A stretch of 64,000 bases of DNA from an uncultured Actinomycetes bacterium (GTDB lineage Bacteria; Actinomycetota; Thermoleophilia; Gaiellales; Gaiellaceae), in assembly GCA_963826585.1 (NCBI GenBank), contig CAWGXP010000006.1, forward strand, positions 11,299 through 75,298. The letters run 5' to 3'. Shown piece after piece: positions 29,728-41,161 of this stretch. The notes under the pieces are model-generated. The model had not been told where the DNA came from, ran no database searches, and saw only the letters and a list, made by a program, of their open reading frames with translations. The position numbers and the translations under genes were made by a program. Within the stretch, counting starts at the first letter, position 1. The number at the start of each line of letters is the position of its first letter.

Positions 29728-30813
29728 TCATGCTCCTGTGTCGTCGGCGGGCCGAGGCCCCTCGAACAGCGGATCCTCCTCCGAGCCGGGGACGGGTGCG
29801 ACCTCGAGGCACTGGCGGCGAAAGTCCTCGATCGCGTCGGCCCAACCCATCGTGCGTGCGCGGGCAAGGAAGGCGGGACGAAAGACGACGCGGTGGGCGA
29901 TGACGGGGACGAACAGGCGCTCGACGTCCATCGGGATCACGAAGTCTCGCCCGTGGAGAAGCGCCCACGCCCGTACGGCGCGCTCGAGCGCGAGGCTCCC
30001 CCGTACAGACGCCCCCATCGAGACGTCCTCGAGCGTGCGCGTCGCTCTGACGAGATCGACGATCCAGCGGCGGAGGACGTCGTCGACGTAGACGTGCTGG
30101 ACGGCCACGCGGAGCGTATGGGCGTCCTCGAGGGTGACGGCGGCGCCTAGCGTGTCGAGCGGATGGGCGTAGCGCTGCTCCTCGAGGATCGTCAGCTCGT
30201 CCTCGACGCCGGGATAGCCGAGTACCGTCTTGAGGAAGAACCGGTCGAGCTGCGCCTCGGGGAGCGGGAAGGTACCTTCGTACTCGATCGGGTTCTCCGT
30301 GGCGAGCAGGAGGAACGGATCGGGGAGCTTGCGCGTGACGCCGTCGACCGTCACCTGCTGCTCCGCCATCGCCTCGAGCAGCGCCGACTGTGTCTTCGGC
30401 ATCGCGCGGTTGACCTCGTCGACGAGCACGATGTTCGCGAAGATCGGCCCCGGACGGAACTCGAAGTCACGCGTCTTCTGGTCGAAGACCGAGAGCCCGG
30501 TGACGTCCGTCGGCTGGAGGTCCGGTGTGCACTGGATGCGAGTCGTCGTCGCACCGTCGACCGAGCGCGCAATCGAGCGGGCCAGGACGGTCTTCGCCGT
30601 GCCGGGCACGTCCTCGAGCAGCACGTGCCCGCCGCTCGTGAGCGCGGCAAGAACGAGCCTGATCTCTTCGGTCTTGCCATGGACGACCGTCTCGATGTTC
30701 GCGAGGAAGCGCTCGGCGACTTCGACCGCCCGGTCAAAGCTCTGTCCCGGTCTCGAGCGGCGCTATTTCTGATTCCACGCTGTCTCGATCGTCGTGCGCG
30801 TCACTCGCGACAT
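29728..30813 (-). pseudogene. MoxR-type AAA+ ATPase with an in-frame TAG (30763-30765) 16 codons after the proposed ATG
   Basis: GGHVLLEDVPGTAKT (Walker A), IVLVDEVNRA (Walker B), ATENPIEYEGTFPLPEAQLDRF. The only start upstream of Walker A in this frame is ATG 30813, and the TAG separates it from the body. Confidence 0.8.
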
Positions 30814-30854
30814 AAGACTCCGTCACGAGCTGGAATGTTTGCGATCACTCTGGC

Positions 30855-31529
30855 TTACACATTGCGGGCGCGGGTGAAGGCGGCGACAACCGCAGCGCGA
30901 GCCGCCGCCGAGGAGAGGGCTTCCTTGGCGCTGTACGAGCCGACGACGAAGACAGCATTGCCGAGCCGGAAGGCGTGCGTGATCACGACCTCTCCGTTCG
31001 CCTGCCCGGTCGCCGCCCACGACTCGTCGCCGACAGCGGCAGGAGCGAGTTGCGAGAAGCCGAGGTTGATGGAGTCGCCTTTCGACTTACCGAGCCAGCG
31101 ACTCGCGGAGTTGGGATTCCTCATCAGCCACACGCGCTCGGCGACCACGCGGTCCGACTTTGGCGACTTCGCAGCGAAGACGGCGTCGCGGACGCTGCGG
31201 AAGCCATACGAGTGGAGCTCCCTGATCTGGCGCGGCAGGATGAAGCCGAGCTGCTCGAGCGTCCTGTGCCCTGACTCGCTCCTGACGTATCGCATGTCGG
31301 CCGGCGAGTCCTTGGGCTGGAGCACGAGGCGGGCGAGCTCCTTCTTCGTGTAGATGCGCGACGGCTTGGCAGGCGGCGGAGGTGGTGCGGGCGGCGACTG
31401 AGACGTCGCGGCCGGTGGCGGTGGCGCCGTGAAGGTCGTCGTTGGCCCCTGGGCCGAGGACGAGCTGCCGCAGCCCGCAGCGAGGGCGAGCGTGGCAAGC
31501 AGGAGAGCCACCGGGACGAGCGAGCGCAT
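30855..31529 (-). CDS. hypothetical lipoprotein with Pro-rich linker
   Basis: MRSLVPVALLLATLALAAGC lipobox, followed by a PPPPAATSQSPPAPPPPPA linker. Starts 29 nt downstream of the atpG stop. Confidence 0.65.
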   Translation of the reverse strand: MRSLVPVALLLATLALAAGCGSSSSAQGPTTTFTAPPPPAATSQSPPAPPPPPAKPSRIYTKKELARLVLQPKDSPADMRYVRSESGHRTLEQLGFILPRQIRELHSYGFRSVRDAVFAAKSPKSDRVVAERVWLMRNPNSASRWLGKSKGDSINLGFSQLAPAAVGDESWAATGQANGEVVITHAFRLGNAVFVVGSYSAKEALSSAAARAAVVAAFTRARNV

Positions 31530-31558
31530 TGCGTTCGAGTGTAGCCTCGGGTTCTTCG

Positions 31559-32446
31559 CTACTGCGTCAGTGCATCGGCGCCGGCGACGACCTCGAGGAT
31601 CTCCTGCGTGATCTCCGCCTGTCGCGCGCGGTTCATCGCGAGCCGCAGCGTGTCGATCAGCTCGCCTGCGTTCTTCGAGGCGTTGCGCATCGCGGTCATC
31701 CGCGCCCCCTGCTCCGACGCAGCCGACTCGAGCAGCGCACGGTAGATCTCCGTCTCGAGGTAGAAGGGCAGAAGCCGGGTGAGGATCTCCTCCGGCTCGG
31801 GCTCGTAGATGACGTCGCCGAGCAGCGCCGCCTCCCTCTCCGTGTCGCCCGCCTCGAGCATCTCCTCGGGGATCGGCAGGACGTCCTGCTCGACGACCGT
31901 CTGGACGAGCGGCGAGACGAAGTGGTTGTAGACGATCACCGCGCGGTCGATCTCCTCCGCGACGTAGAGCTCGGCGAGCCGGTGCGCGAGCGCCTGGGCG
32001 TCGGTGTACGCCGGCCGGTCCGAGAAGCCCGTCCACGACTGGTCGACCTCGTAGCCGCGGAAGCGGAGCGACGACGCGCCCTTGCGGCCGGCGACGAGCC
32101 AGCGGACCGAAATGCCTTCGGCCCGCAGCTGCCGGTCGAGCGCAAGCGCGTGCCGGAGGACCTGCGCGTTGAACGCGCCGGCAAGGCCCCGGTCGCCGGT
32201 GAGCGGCAGGATCGCCACCGTCTGTACGTCCCGGCGCTGGAGCAACGGCAGTCCGTGGACCGACGTCGCGGCACGGGCCGTTCCCACCATCAGCTCCATC
32301 ATCCGGTCGGCGAACGGACGCATCGACTCGATCCGCAGCTGCGCGCGGCGAAGGCGAGCGCTCGCCACGAGCTCCATCGCCTTGGTGATCTTCCGTGTGT
32401 TAGTGACGGAGCGGATGCGCCGCCGGAGATCCTGGACTGTTGCCAT
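31559..32446 (-). CDS. atpG: F1 ATP synthase gamma subunit
   Basis: MATVQDLRRRIRSVTNTRKITKAMELVASARLRRAQ...MTAMRNASKNAGELIDTLRLAMNRARQAEITQEILE. Confidence 0.93.
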   Translation of the reverse strand: MATVQDLRRRIRSVTNTRKITKAMELVASARLRRAQLRIESMRPFADRMMELMVGTARAATSVHGLPLLQRRDVQTVAILPLTGDRGLAGAFNAQVLRHALALDRQLRAEGISVRWLVAGRKGASSLRFRGYEVDQSWTGFSDRPAYTDAQALAHRLAELYVAEEIDRAVIVYNHFVSPLVQTVVEQDVLPIPEEMLEAGDTEREAALLGDVIYEPEPEEILTRLLPFYLETEIYRALLESAASEQGARMTAMRNASKNAGELIDTLRLAMNRARQAEITQEILEVVAGADALTQ

Positions 32447-32453
32447 CTGCTAG

Positions 32454-33976
<1,523 letters not shown>

Positions 33977-33990
33977 AGGTGTCCTTTCGT

Positions 33991-34521
33991 CTAACGGGTC
34001 AAGAGGTCTTGCTTCATGCGTTCCAGTCGGCCGCGCACGCTCCCGTCTGCGCGCAGCGAGCCGGCCTGGAGGACGATGCCGCCGATCAGCTTCGGGTCGA
34101 CCGTGCGCACGGCCTCGACGCGGCGCCCGGAGGCGCGCTCGATCTGCTGCACGATCTCCTTCGCCTCGTCGTCCGACAGCTCGTGCGCCGTCGTCAGCTC
34201 GACGGTCAGCTGGCCCTCGGCGCGGGCGACGATCCGCTCGTACTCCGTGTTGATGCCCTCGATCGAGCCGGCGCGCCCCTTGTCTGCGAGCAGGCGCAGG
34301 AAGTTCGTCATCAGCCCGCTCGGCTCGCCAACCGCTGCTTCGAGCACGGCGGCCTTCGAGGCGGCGTCGAGCTGCGGGTTGCCGACGACCGACCGCAGGT
34401 GCGGGAGCTCGGCCATCGCTTCTGACACGGAACCGAGCTCGCCCTGGACGTCCTTCACCGAGCCCGCGTCGAGCGCGGCCCCGTAGAGCGCGCGGGCGTA
34501 CACACGGTCGGCTACCGACAT
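33991..34521 (-). CDS. atpH: F1 ATP synthase delta (OSCP) subunit
   Basis: 176 aa between atpF and atpA, with OSCP-like helical composition. Confidence 0.85.
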   Translation of the reverse strand: MSVADRVYARALYGAALDAGSVKDVQGELGSVSEAMAELPHLRSVVGNPQLDAASKAAVLEAAVGEPSGLMTNFLRLLADKGRAGSIEGINTEYERIVARAEGQLTVELTTAHELSDDEAKEIVQQIERASGRRVEAVRTVDPKLIGGIVLQAGSLRADGSVRGRLERMKQDLLTR

Positions 34522-35064
34522 CTAGACGGCCTCTTTCTCCAGAGCAGAGAAGTCGAGCTCGTCGATCGCCTCGTCGATCAGGCGGCGCTGGTCGTCGCCC
34601 GTCAACACCTTCCCCGTCACCTTCTCCGTCGCCTCGAGCGTGAGCGACGCGACCTCGGAGCGGATCTGGCCGATCGCGCGCTGCGTCTCGGCGTCGATCT
34701 CCTTCCGCGTCTCCTCGAGCCGGCGCTGGCGCTCGGCGTCGAGCTCTTCCTTCAGCCGCCGGTTCTGCGCGTCGGCGACGTTCCGCGCTTCGGCGAGCAT
34801 CGCCTCCGCGTCGACGCGCGCCTGCTGGAGCGCCTCGCGCTGCTCGGCCACGAGCTTCTCCGACTCGGTGCGCGCGCGGTCTGCCTCGTCGAGCGCCTCG
34901 CGGATCCGGTCGCGCCGCGTGTCGATCGCCTTCTGGATTCCGCCGAAGATGTACCGCTTGAGCACGTAGAAGGTGATCCCGAACGTGATCAGCGTCCAGA
35001 TCATCAAGCCCGGGACGACCTTGATCAGGCCCGAGTCGGCGACGATGGTGGAGGCGAGCGGCAT
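34522..35064 (-). CDS. atpF: Fo ATP synthase b subunit
   Basis: Internal ATG 35064 ([32 protein letters not shown]), followed by a long charged helix. TGATG overlap with atpE. Confidence 0.85.
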   Translation of the reverse strand: MPLASTIVADSGLIKVVPGLMIWTLITFGITFYVLKRYIFGGIQKAIDTRRDRIREALDEADRARTESEKLVAEQREALQQARVDAEAMLAEARNVADAQNRRLKEELDAERQRRLEETRKEIDAETQRAIGQIRSEVASLTLEATEKVTGKVLTGDDQRRLIDEAIDELDFSALEKEAV

Positions 35065-35324
35065 CAGATCAGGACGTACGCCAGCAGACCGCCGAGGAGA
35101 CCGTAGAAGACGACCGCCTCGGTGAGCGCGAAGCCGAGCCACTGGATGCCCTGGAGCTCCGAGCGAAGCTCGGGCTGGCGCGCGACCGCCTGGATCATCG
35201 AGCCGAAGATGTTGCCGATGCCGATGCCGGCGCCGAGCGCGCCGAGGCCGATGCCGAGCGCGAGGGCGATCGCCTTGCCGGCGTCGGCGACGTCACCGGT
35301 TGTTGCTGCGAGCAGACCGAGCAT
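35064..35324 (-). CDS. atpE: Fo ATP synthase c subunit
   Basis: 86 aa hairpin: [27 protein letters not shown]...[20 protein letters not shown] lies upstream of the start. Confidence 0.9.
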   Translation of the reverse strand: MLGLLAATTGDVADAGKAIALALGIGLGALGAGIGIGNIFGSMIQAVARQPELRSELQGIQWLGFALTEAVVFYGLLGGLLAYVLI

Positions 35325-36222
35325 GAAACGCTCCTTTTCCGTAGTGTTCGGGCTCGATGGCCGAGCCGATGTAGATGGCGGACAGGGCGGCGAAGATGTA
35401 CGCCTGGATCGAGACGACGATAACGACTTCGAAGAAGTAGAAGGCAAAGGCCAGTGTCACGGACGCCGGAAATACCAACCAGTTCGTGAGGAAGATCAGG
35501 CCGATCGAGACGAGGATCAGCATGTGGCCCGCGAGCATGTTCGCGTAGAGACGGACGGAAAGGCTGATCAGCCGCATGAACTGCCCGAGGATCTCGAGCG
35601 GGATGATCAGGGGCAGCATCGCCTTCGGCACGTCCGGGATCCAGCTCTGCAGGTAGCGCATGACGCCGTTGTGGCGGATTCCCTCGACGTGCGTGAAGAC
35701 CCACGTCATCAGCGCAAGCGCAAGCGTGACGGAGAGCGTCGAAGTCGCGGCAAAGATCGCGAGCGTCGGCACTTCGACACCAGCGATGTCGACTTTCTCG
35801 TCCGAGAGGGGCAGTGGAATGAACCCGAGCAGGTTGACGACCCAGATGAAGAGCATCAGCGAGGCGACGTACGGGAACCACATGCCGATCGCCTTCGTCG
35901 GCAGCCCCTGCTCGGCGACCTGCGTCTGCGCGAGCTCGTAGAGGATCTCGCCGGCCGTCTGGCGACGTCCGGGGCGCGTTCCCAGACGGACGCGCATGAG
36001 CACGAAGCCGAGAACGATCGTCAGCACCGCGCCGAGCATCAAGTACGCGACCGCCTTGTTGATCGAGAGGTCGATCGGCCCCAGGTGGATCGGCACCCAC
36101 TCGTGCAGCGTCCACTCCGAGGAGGGGTCGAACTCCTCGTCGACCTTCTCCGCTGCGGCGGCGACGGCAGGAAGAGCGAGCGCGAGTGTCGTGACGCCCA
36201 GCAGGGCGCGCCGGAGCTTCAC
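35293..36222 (-). CDS. atpB: Fo ATP synthase a subunit
   Basis: LSVRLYANMLAGHMLI motif. The ORF reads ~14 codons past the usual ...AIEPEH end, across the atpE Shine-Dalgarno and start. Confidence 0.88.
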   Translation of the reverse strand: MKLRRALLGVTTLALALPAVAAAAEKVDEEFDPSSEWTLHEWVPIHLGPIDLSINKAVAYLMLGAVLTIVLGFVLMRVRLGTRPGRRQTAGEILYELAQTQVAEQGLPTKAIGMWFPYVASLMLFIWVVNLLGFIPLPLSDEKVDIAGVEVPTLAIFAATSTLSVTLALALMTWVFTHVEGIRHNGVMRYLQSWIPDVPKAMLPLIIPLEILGQFMRLISLSVRLYANMLAGHMLILVSIGLIFLTNWLVFPASVTLAFAFYFFEVVIVVSIQAYIFAALSAIYIGSAIEPEHYGKGAFHARSARSNNR

Positions 36223-36608
36223 TTCTCGCTCCCGAAGTACGAGGCGAGCGAGAGACCGAGCTCGGCTGTATAGGCAAGCGCGAACAGGAGGATCGCCGGC
36301 AGCGCGAGATCGGAGTCCGTGGCGGCGACGGCGACGAGTACGACGAGTACGACGAGCGCCTTGAAGAAGAGCTCGAACGCCCGCAACGCGGAGGCGGCGG
36401 TCTCGGACGCGCCCTTCCGGACGTGATCGAAGAGGAGCGACGCTCCGCGGACGCCGACCCAGAGGATCGTCCCGAGCGCCCAGCCGCGCACGTTCCAGCC
36501 GGCGACGAGGAAGAGGGGCAGCGCGAGGGCGAGCACGAGCACGGCCGCGATCGCAGGCGCCGTCTTGCTGGGCACCGGCCGCGGCGTCGCGATCAGGCTC
36601 TCGCGCAT
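36219..36608 (-). CDS. atpI: ATP synthase protein I-like membrane protein
   Basis: 129 aa with four predicted TM segments, directly upstream of atpB. Assigned by position and hydrophobicity only. Confidence 0.55.
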   Translation of the reverse strand: MRESLIATPRPVPSKTAPAIAAVLVLALALPLFLVAGWNVRGWALGTILWVGVRGASLLFDHVRKGASETAASALRAFELFFKALVVLVVLVAVAATDSDLALPAILLFALAYTAELGLSLASYFGSEK

Positions 36609-36820
36609 CAGAGGACGTCCCGGTAACGGAGGTAGACGCCGAGCACGCCCGCCGGCACGCCGACGATCACGCCGACGAGGATGCCGTAGCCGATTCCGCC
36701 AGCCGCCCAGCCGATCAGTGCGCCGAGCCCCGCGCAGGCGGCGGTGATCGAGGCGAGGAGCATGCCGGCACCGGCCGGATGGACCGTAGGTCGCTGCGAG
36801 TGCTCCATCGCCGCGAGCAT
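36608..36820 (-). CDS. AtpZ/AtpI family small membrane protein
   Basis: Internal ATG of ORF 36608..36979. Two Gly-rich TM helices (GLGALIGWAAGGIGYGILVGVIVGVPAGVLGVYL). First gene of the atp cluster. Confidence 0.6.
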   Translation of the reverse strand: MLAAMEHSQRPTVHPAGAGMLLASITAACAGLGALIGWAAGGIGYGILVGVIVGVPAGVLGVYLRYRDVL

Positions 36821-36929
36821 ACCAGCCCGAGGGGTCGATCTTGTAACAGTCGAATCCCTTTGGAATAGGAGAAATTCGTGGCGCTTGTGCGGCTGTCGCG
36901 CGGGCCTCGAGATCGACGTGCGTGCGACC

Positions 36930-38045
36930 TCAGCGCTCTCTGGTCCAGACGACGGCGTAGTAGTTGCTCCAGCCGGCAATCAGCCCGCGGTTGTTGATCG
37001 CAGCCGGCGCAGTATCAGACGTGGCCCCGCGAAGAGCTGGAAGAAAGGACTTTTCGCCGCGTTCCCAGAGCCATGCCCCGTCGTTCGCGTAGCCCACGAC
37101 CTGCCCTCGGTCGTTGATGATCACACTCGTCTCCGGATCGCCTCCGGTGAGCGTGGCCGCCCCGAGGTTCACCATTGCCCCCTTATCCCAGAGAAACGCC
37201 ACCTCTCTCGAGCGCTTCGTCTCGGTAAACCCAACAACCTGGCCACGTGCGTTGATCGCAGTAGCTTCACTCGTCTCGCCGCCGAGCGTGCCGAGGTCTG
37301 TCATCTTCCCCCGTTGCCATAGGAATGCGTGGTCGACGCCGAAGCCTGAGCCCGTCCAGCTCCAACCGACGATCTGTCCTCGATCGTTGATGGCGACCGC
37401 CTCACTCTCCTTTCCTCCCAGCGTGCCGAGGTCGATTGCCTTACCGCCTTGCCAGAGGAAGGCGCGGAAGCTCTGCGTCGTTGGGGGCCTGGCCTTCCCT
37501 ACGACCTGTCCTCGATCGTTGACGTCCGAGGCGACCGAGACCCAGCCTGGTGGGAGCAACTTTCCGAGGTCTCTCATCTTGCCGTTCCGATAGACGAACG
37601 CATGCACGACGCCCCGCGCTGTCACACTCCAGCCCGCAACGTGCCCAGTATCGCTGATTGCGCTGGCGAAGCTTCGCCAGCCGCCGAGCGTGCCGAGATC
37701 GGTCGTGCGGCCGCGTCGCCAGAGGAAGGCGTGCTTCTTGGGATTGACGCCCGTCACAGCCCCACTCGCATTGATTGCCGCGACGCGCCCCTGAATCCTC
37801 TCGATGCGCCCGGCCGTCCATACGAAGTCTGGCGGATCGCTGGCGGTCAGTCCCGGAACGCTGACGATGATCTGGCCACGGTCATTGACCCCCACGGCGA
37901 AAGACAAAGCCGGGCGGCTTGGCCCTATCTTCTGAATCGCGTACTCAGCAGGCGAGGCCGTGCTCGCAGAGGCACCGAGCACAGCGAGTATCAGCGCGAG
38001 TGCTGAAGCCGGAAGAAGGCGCCGACATGCGTCCGTGCCGCGCAC
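36930..38045 (-). CDS. secreted HAF-family repeat protein
   Basis: Signal peptide plus about seven ~43-aa repeats of the form HAFLWQRGKMTDLGTLGGETSEATAINARGQVVG. Confidence 0.8.
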   Translation of the reverse strand: MRGTDACRRLLPASALALILAVLGASASTASPAEYAIQKIGPSRPALSFAVGVNDRGQIIVSVPGLTASDPPDFVWTAGRIERIQGRVAAINASGAVTGVNPKKHAFLWRRGRTTDLGTLGGWRSFASAISDTGHVAGWSVTARGVVHAFVYRNGKMRDLGKLLPPGWVSVASDVNDRGQVVGKARPPTTQSFRAFLWQGGKAIDLGTLGGKESEAVAINDRGQIVGWSWTGSGFGVDHAFLWQRGKMTDLGTLGGETSEATAINARGQVVGFTETKRSREVAFLWDKGAMVNLGAATLTGGDPETSVIINDRGQVVGYANDGAWLWERGEKSFLPALRGATSDTAPAAINNRGLIAGWSNYYAVVWTRER

Positions 38046-38099
38046 GGGCGGATTCTCTCAGATCTCCGGGTCGTTTCAGAACGCGCGTATTGCCGCTAG

Positions 38100-39230
38100 T
38101 CAGGCGCTCTTGCGCATATCTGCCTCGCGCTCGCGCGCCTCGCGGCGTCGGACGCGCGGGTTTGCGAGCTTCACGATCTCGAGCAGGTAGACGATCGTCA
38201 GCGAGGCGAGCAAGGCGACGAAGGCGATCGCGACGACGGCGACCGTCGGCCACAGGTGCCACTCGCCTCTCTCGCGAAAGGGGATGAAGCGCGTCGCGAG
38301 CGCGGCGCCGGCGAGCGTCGCGCACCAGAGCCAGATGATGACCGTCGTCCGCCGCTGGGAGAAGCCGACCCGGAGGAAGCGGTAGTGCAGGTGCTCGCGG
38401 TCGGGCGCCGTGATCGGCTGCCGGTACTTGAGCCTGCGGGCGACGACGAAGCCGGTGTCGAGGATCGGCACGGCGAGCACGAGCAGCGGTAGGAACAGCG
38501 CAACGGTCGCGGCCGTCTTCAGGAGGCCCTCGACGGCGACGGTCGCGAGCACGAAACCGAGCAGCATGGCCCCCGAGTCGCCCATGAAGATCCGCGCCGG
38601 ATAGAAGTTGTGGCGGAGGAAGCCGAGGCAGGCGCCGAAGACGATCGCCGAGACGATCGCCGCCTGCGGCTTCCCGAGCGAGAGCGCGATCACGGCGAAC
38701 GTCGCGCCGGAGATCGAGCACACCCCCGCGGCGAGCCCGTCGAGCCCGTCGAGGAAGTTGACCATGTTCATGATCGCGACGATCCAGAGCACGGTCAGCG
38801 GCTTGCCGATCCACGGCGACAGCTCGTGGACGCCGACGAAGGGGAACGTGAAGTGGTCGATCCAGATCCCCGAGGCGACGGGGATCACGGCGGCGCCGAT
38901 CTGCCCGCCGAGCTTCTCCCACCAGCGCAGGCCGCGGAAGTCGTCGATCGCGCCGACGGCCGTCGCCACCGTCGCGCCGAGGATCAGCCCGCGCATCTCC
39001 GGCGAGAAGTGGAGAAACGCAAGCGCGGGAATGAGGATCCCGAAGAAGAGCGCGAGGCCGCCGAGCTTGGGGACGATGCGCTCGTGGACCCGACGACCGC
39101 CCGGCTTGTCGACGACGCCGAGGTACCGGGCCACGTTGCCGACGACGGGCGTCAGGAGGACGACGATGACGAGCGCGAGCAGCGCGCCGTAAACGACCTG
39201 GGGGCTGTCCTTCAGCTCTTGCCAGACCAT
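38100..39230 (-). CDS. wecA: undecaprenyl-phosphate GlcNAc-1-phosphate transferase (MraY/WecA family)
   Basis: Internal ATG 39230 of ORF 38100..39917. Contains AIDDFRGL, NMVNFLDGLDGLAAG and FMGDSGAMLLGF. TAATG overlap with the upp stop. Confidence 0.88.
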   Translation of the reverse strand: MVWQELKDSPQVVYGALLALVIVVLLTPVVGNVARYLGVVDKPGGRRVHERIVPKLGGLALFFGILIPALAFLHFSPEMRGLILGATVATAVGAIDDFRGLRWWEKLGGQIGAAVIPVASGIWIDHFTFPFVGVHELSPWIGKPLTVLWIVAIMNMVNFLDGLDGLAAGVCSISGATFAVIALSLGKPQAAIVSAIVFGACLGFLRHNFYPARIFMGDSGAMLLGFVLATVAVEGLLKTAATVALFLPLLVLAVPILDTGFVVARRLKYRQPITAPDREHLHYRFLRVGFSQRRTTVIIWLWCATLAGAALATRFIPFRERGEWHLWPTVAVVAIAFVALLASLTIVYLLEIVKLANPRVRRREAREREADMRKSA

Positions 39231-39856
39231 TACTTCGTGCCGTACAGCCGGTCGCCGGCGTCGCCGAGGCCGGGAACGATGAACCCTCGCTCGTTGAGGC
39301 CGCGATCGATGGCGGCGACGACGATGCGAACGTCTGGGTGTGCTGTCCGCACCCGCTCGATCCCCTCTGGCGCGGCGATGATCGCGATCAGGCGGATCGA
39401 CGATGCGCCGGCGGCCTTGATCACGTCGATGGCAGCGGTCGTCGAGTTGCCAGTGGCGAGCATCGGGTCGAGCACGATCACGTCGCGCGCGGCGATGTCC
39501 TGCGGGAGTTTCACGTAGTACTCGTGCGGCTGGAGCGTCTCCTCGTCGCGGTAGAGCCCGATGAAGCCCACGCGCGCGCCCGAGATCAGCGAGAGGACCC
39601 CGTCGAGCATGCCGATGCCGGCGCGGAGGATCGGACAGACGGCGACCTTCTTGCCGGAGATGCGCGGCACTGTTGTCCGCTCGAGCGGCGTCGAGACCTC
39701 GACGTCCTCCGTCGCGAGGTCCTTCGTCGCCTCGTACGTGAGCAGGAGCGTCAGCTCGTTGACGAGCCGGCGGAAGTCGGCCGTCGACGTCGACTCGTCG
39801 CGGAGCAGGCCGAGCTTGTGGAGCGCGAGGGGATGGCTGACTTCCGTGACGGTCAT
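39230..39856 (-). CDS. upp: uracil phosphoribosyltransferase
   Basis: [13 protein letters not shown]...PILRAGIGM...[13 protein letters not shown]...[22 protein letters not shown]. Confidence 0.93.
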   Translation of the reverse strand: MTVTEVSHPLALHKLGLLRDESTSTADFRRLVNELTLLLTYEATKDLATEDVEVSTPLERTTVPRISGKKVAVCPILRAGIGMLDGVLSLISGARVGFIGLYRDEETLQPHEYYVKLPQDIAARDVIVLDPMLATGNSTTAAIDVIKAAGASSIRLIAIIAAPEGIERVRTAHPDVRIVVAAIDRGLNERGFIVPGLGDAGDRLYGTK

Positions 39857-41145
39857 GCGACGTAGGTCGTGTAGCCGCGGAAGCCAGGGTACAGCGGGTT
39901 CGCGTCGCAGAGCGCACGGCTCCGCGCGCGCAGCTCGCCCAGGTCGACGTCGTGTGTCAGGGCGCCGCACATGATCGCGCCGACCTCGCGGAAGTCGGCC
40001 TCGCCGAAGCCGCGCATCGTCGTCGCCGGCGTACCGACGCGGAGGCCAGACGAGACGGTCGGCGGACGCTCGTCGAACGGGATCGTGTTCCGGTTGACCG
40101 TGATCGCGACCTCGGCCAGCCGCTCCTCTGCGTCCTTGCCCGTCCAGTCCGTCTGGCGAAGGTCGACGAGGAGCAGGTGCGTGTCGGTACCGCCAGTGAG
40201 GACGTCGAGGCCGCCCGCCTGGAGCGCCGAGGACAGCGTGTCGGCGTTTGCTCGCACCTGCCGCTGGTAGTCGCGGAACGCGTCGGACGCGGCGACGGCG
40301 AAGCACGTGGCCTTCGCCGCAATCGTGTGGTTGAGCGGCCCTCCCTGCATGCCAGGGAACACCGCGCGGTCGAGTACCTGCGCGTGCTCGGCGCGGCAGA
40401 GCACGAACCCCGCGCGCGGCCCGGCGAGCGTCTTGTGCGTCGTCGAGGTGACGAAGTCGCAGTGGGGCACCGGGCTCGGGTGGAGACCTGCAGCGACGAG
40501 ACCGGCGAAGTGCGCCATGTCGCAGAGGAGATACGCGCCGACCTCGTCGGCGATCGCGCGGAAGCGGTCGGCCTCGACGACTCGCGGGTACGCCGACCCG
40601 CCGCAGACGATCAGCTTCGGCCGGTGCTCCTTCGCGAGCCGGAGGATCTCGTCGAAGTCGAAGAGGCTCGTCTTGCGGTCGACGCCGTAGTGGACGATCG
40701 TGTACAGGCGGCCCGAGAAGTTGACCTTCAGCCCGTGCGTCAGATGGCCACCGTGCGAGAGCTCGAGCGAGAGGATCGTGTCGCCCGGGTCGAGGCAGGC
40801 GAAGTAGACGGCCATGTTCGTCTGCGCGCCCGCGTGCGGCTGGACGTTCGCGTGGTCGGCGCCGAACAGGGACTTCGCGCGGTCGATCGCGAGCTGCTCG
40901 ATCTCGTCGACGACCTCGCAGCCGCCGTAGTAGCGGCGCCCCGGGTAGCCCTCCGAGTACTTGTTCGTCGGCGTCGAGCCGATCGCCTCGAGCACGGCCG
41001 GCCACGTGAAGTTCTCCGATGCGATCAGCTCGATCTCGCCGCGCTGGCGCTCGAGCTCGCGCGTCAGCAGATCGGCGATCTCGGGGTCGACGTCGGTGAG
41101 CGGAGCCGCACGCAGCTGGTCGAGCGAGAGTGCCGTCGCAGCCAT
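39853..41145 (-). CDS. glyA: serine hydroxymethyltransferase
   Basis: Internal ATG 41145 of the chimeric ORF 39853..41754. Contains [24 protein letters not shown] and [14 protein letters not shown] (PLP lysine). Confidence 0.93.
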   Translation of the reverse strand: MAATALSLDQLRAAPLTDVDPEIADLLTRELERQRGEIELIASENFTWPAVLEAIGSTPTNKYSEGYPGRRYYGGCEVVDEIEQLAIDRAKSLFGADHANVQPHAGAQTNMAVYFACLDPGDTILSLELSHGGHLTHGLKVNFSGRLYTIVHYGVDRKTSLFDFDEILRLAKEHRPKLIVCGGSAYPRVVEADRFRAIADEVGAYLLCDMAHFAGLVAAGLHPSPVPHCDFVTSTTHKTLAGPRAGFVLCRAEHAQVLDRAVFPGMQGGPLNHTIAAKATCFAVAASDAFRDYQRQVRANADTLSSALQAGGLDVLTGGTDTHLLLVDLRQTDWTGKDAEERLAEVAITVNRNTIPFDERPPTVSSGLRVGTPATTMRGFGEADFREVGAIMCGALTHDVDLGELRARSRALCDANPLYPGFRGYTTYVA

Positions 41146-41161
41146 CCGCCCCGGATCGTAC

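Noticed and set aside
30763-30765. In-frame TAG in the MoxR gene as a possible recoded (pyrrolysine or read-through) codon.
   Set aside because: No pyl genes or recoding context are visible, TAG is used as an ordinary stop elsewhere in the window, and the surrounding region is error-dense. A substitution is the simpler explanation.
17489-31558. Calling the 14 kb block inside the atp operon a mobile genetic element or genomic island.
   Set aside because: No integrase, transposase, tRNA target or flanking repeats were seen. Only the synteny break is supported, so it is reported as a finding rather than annotated as a mobile element.
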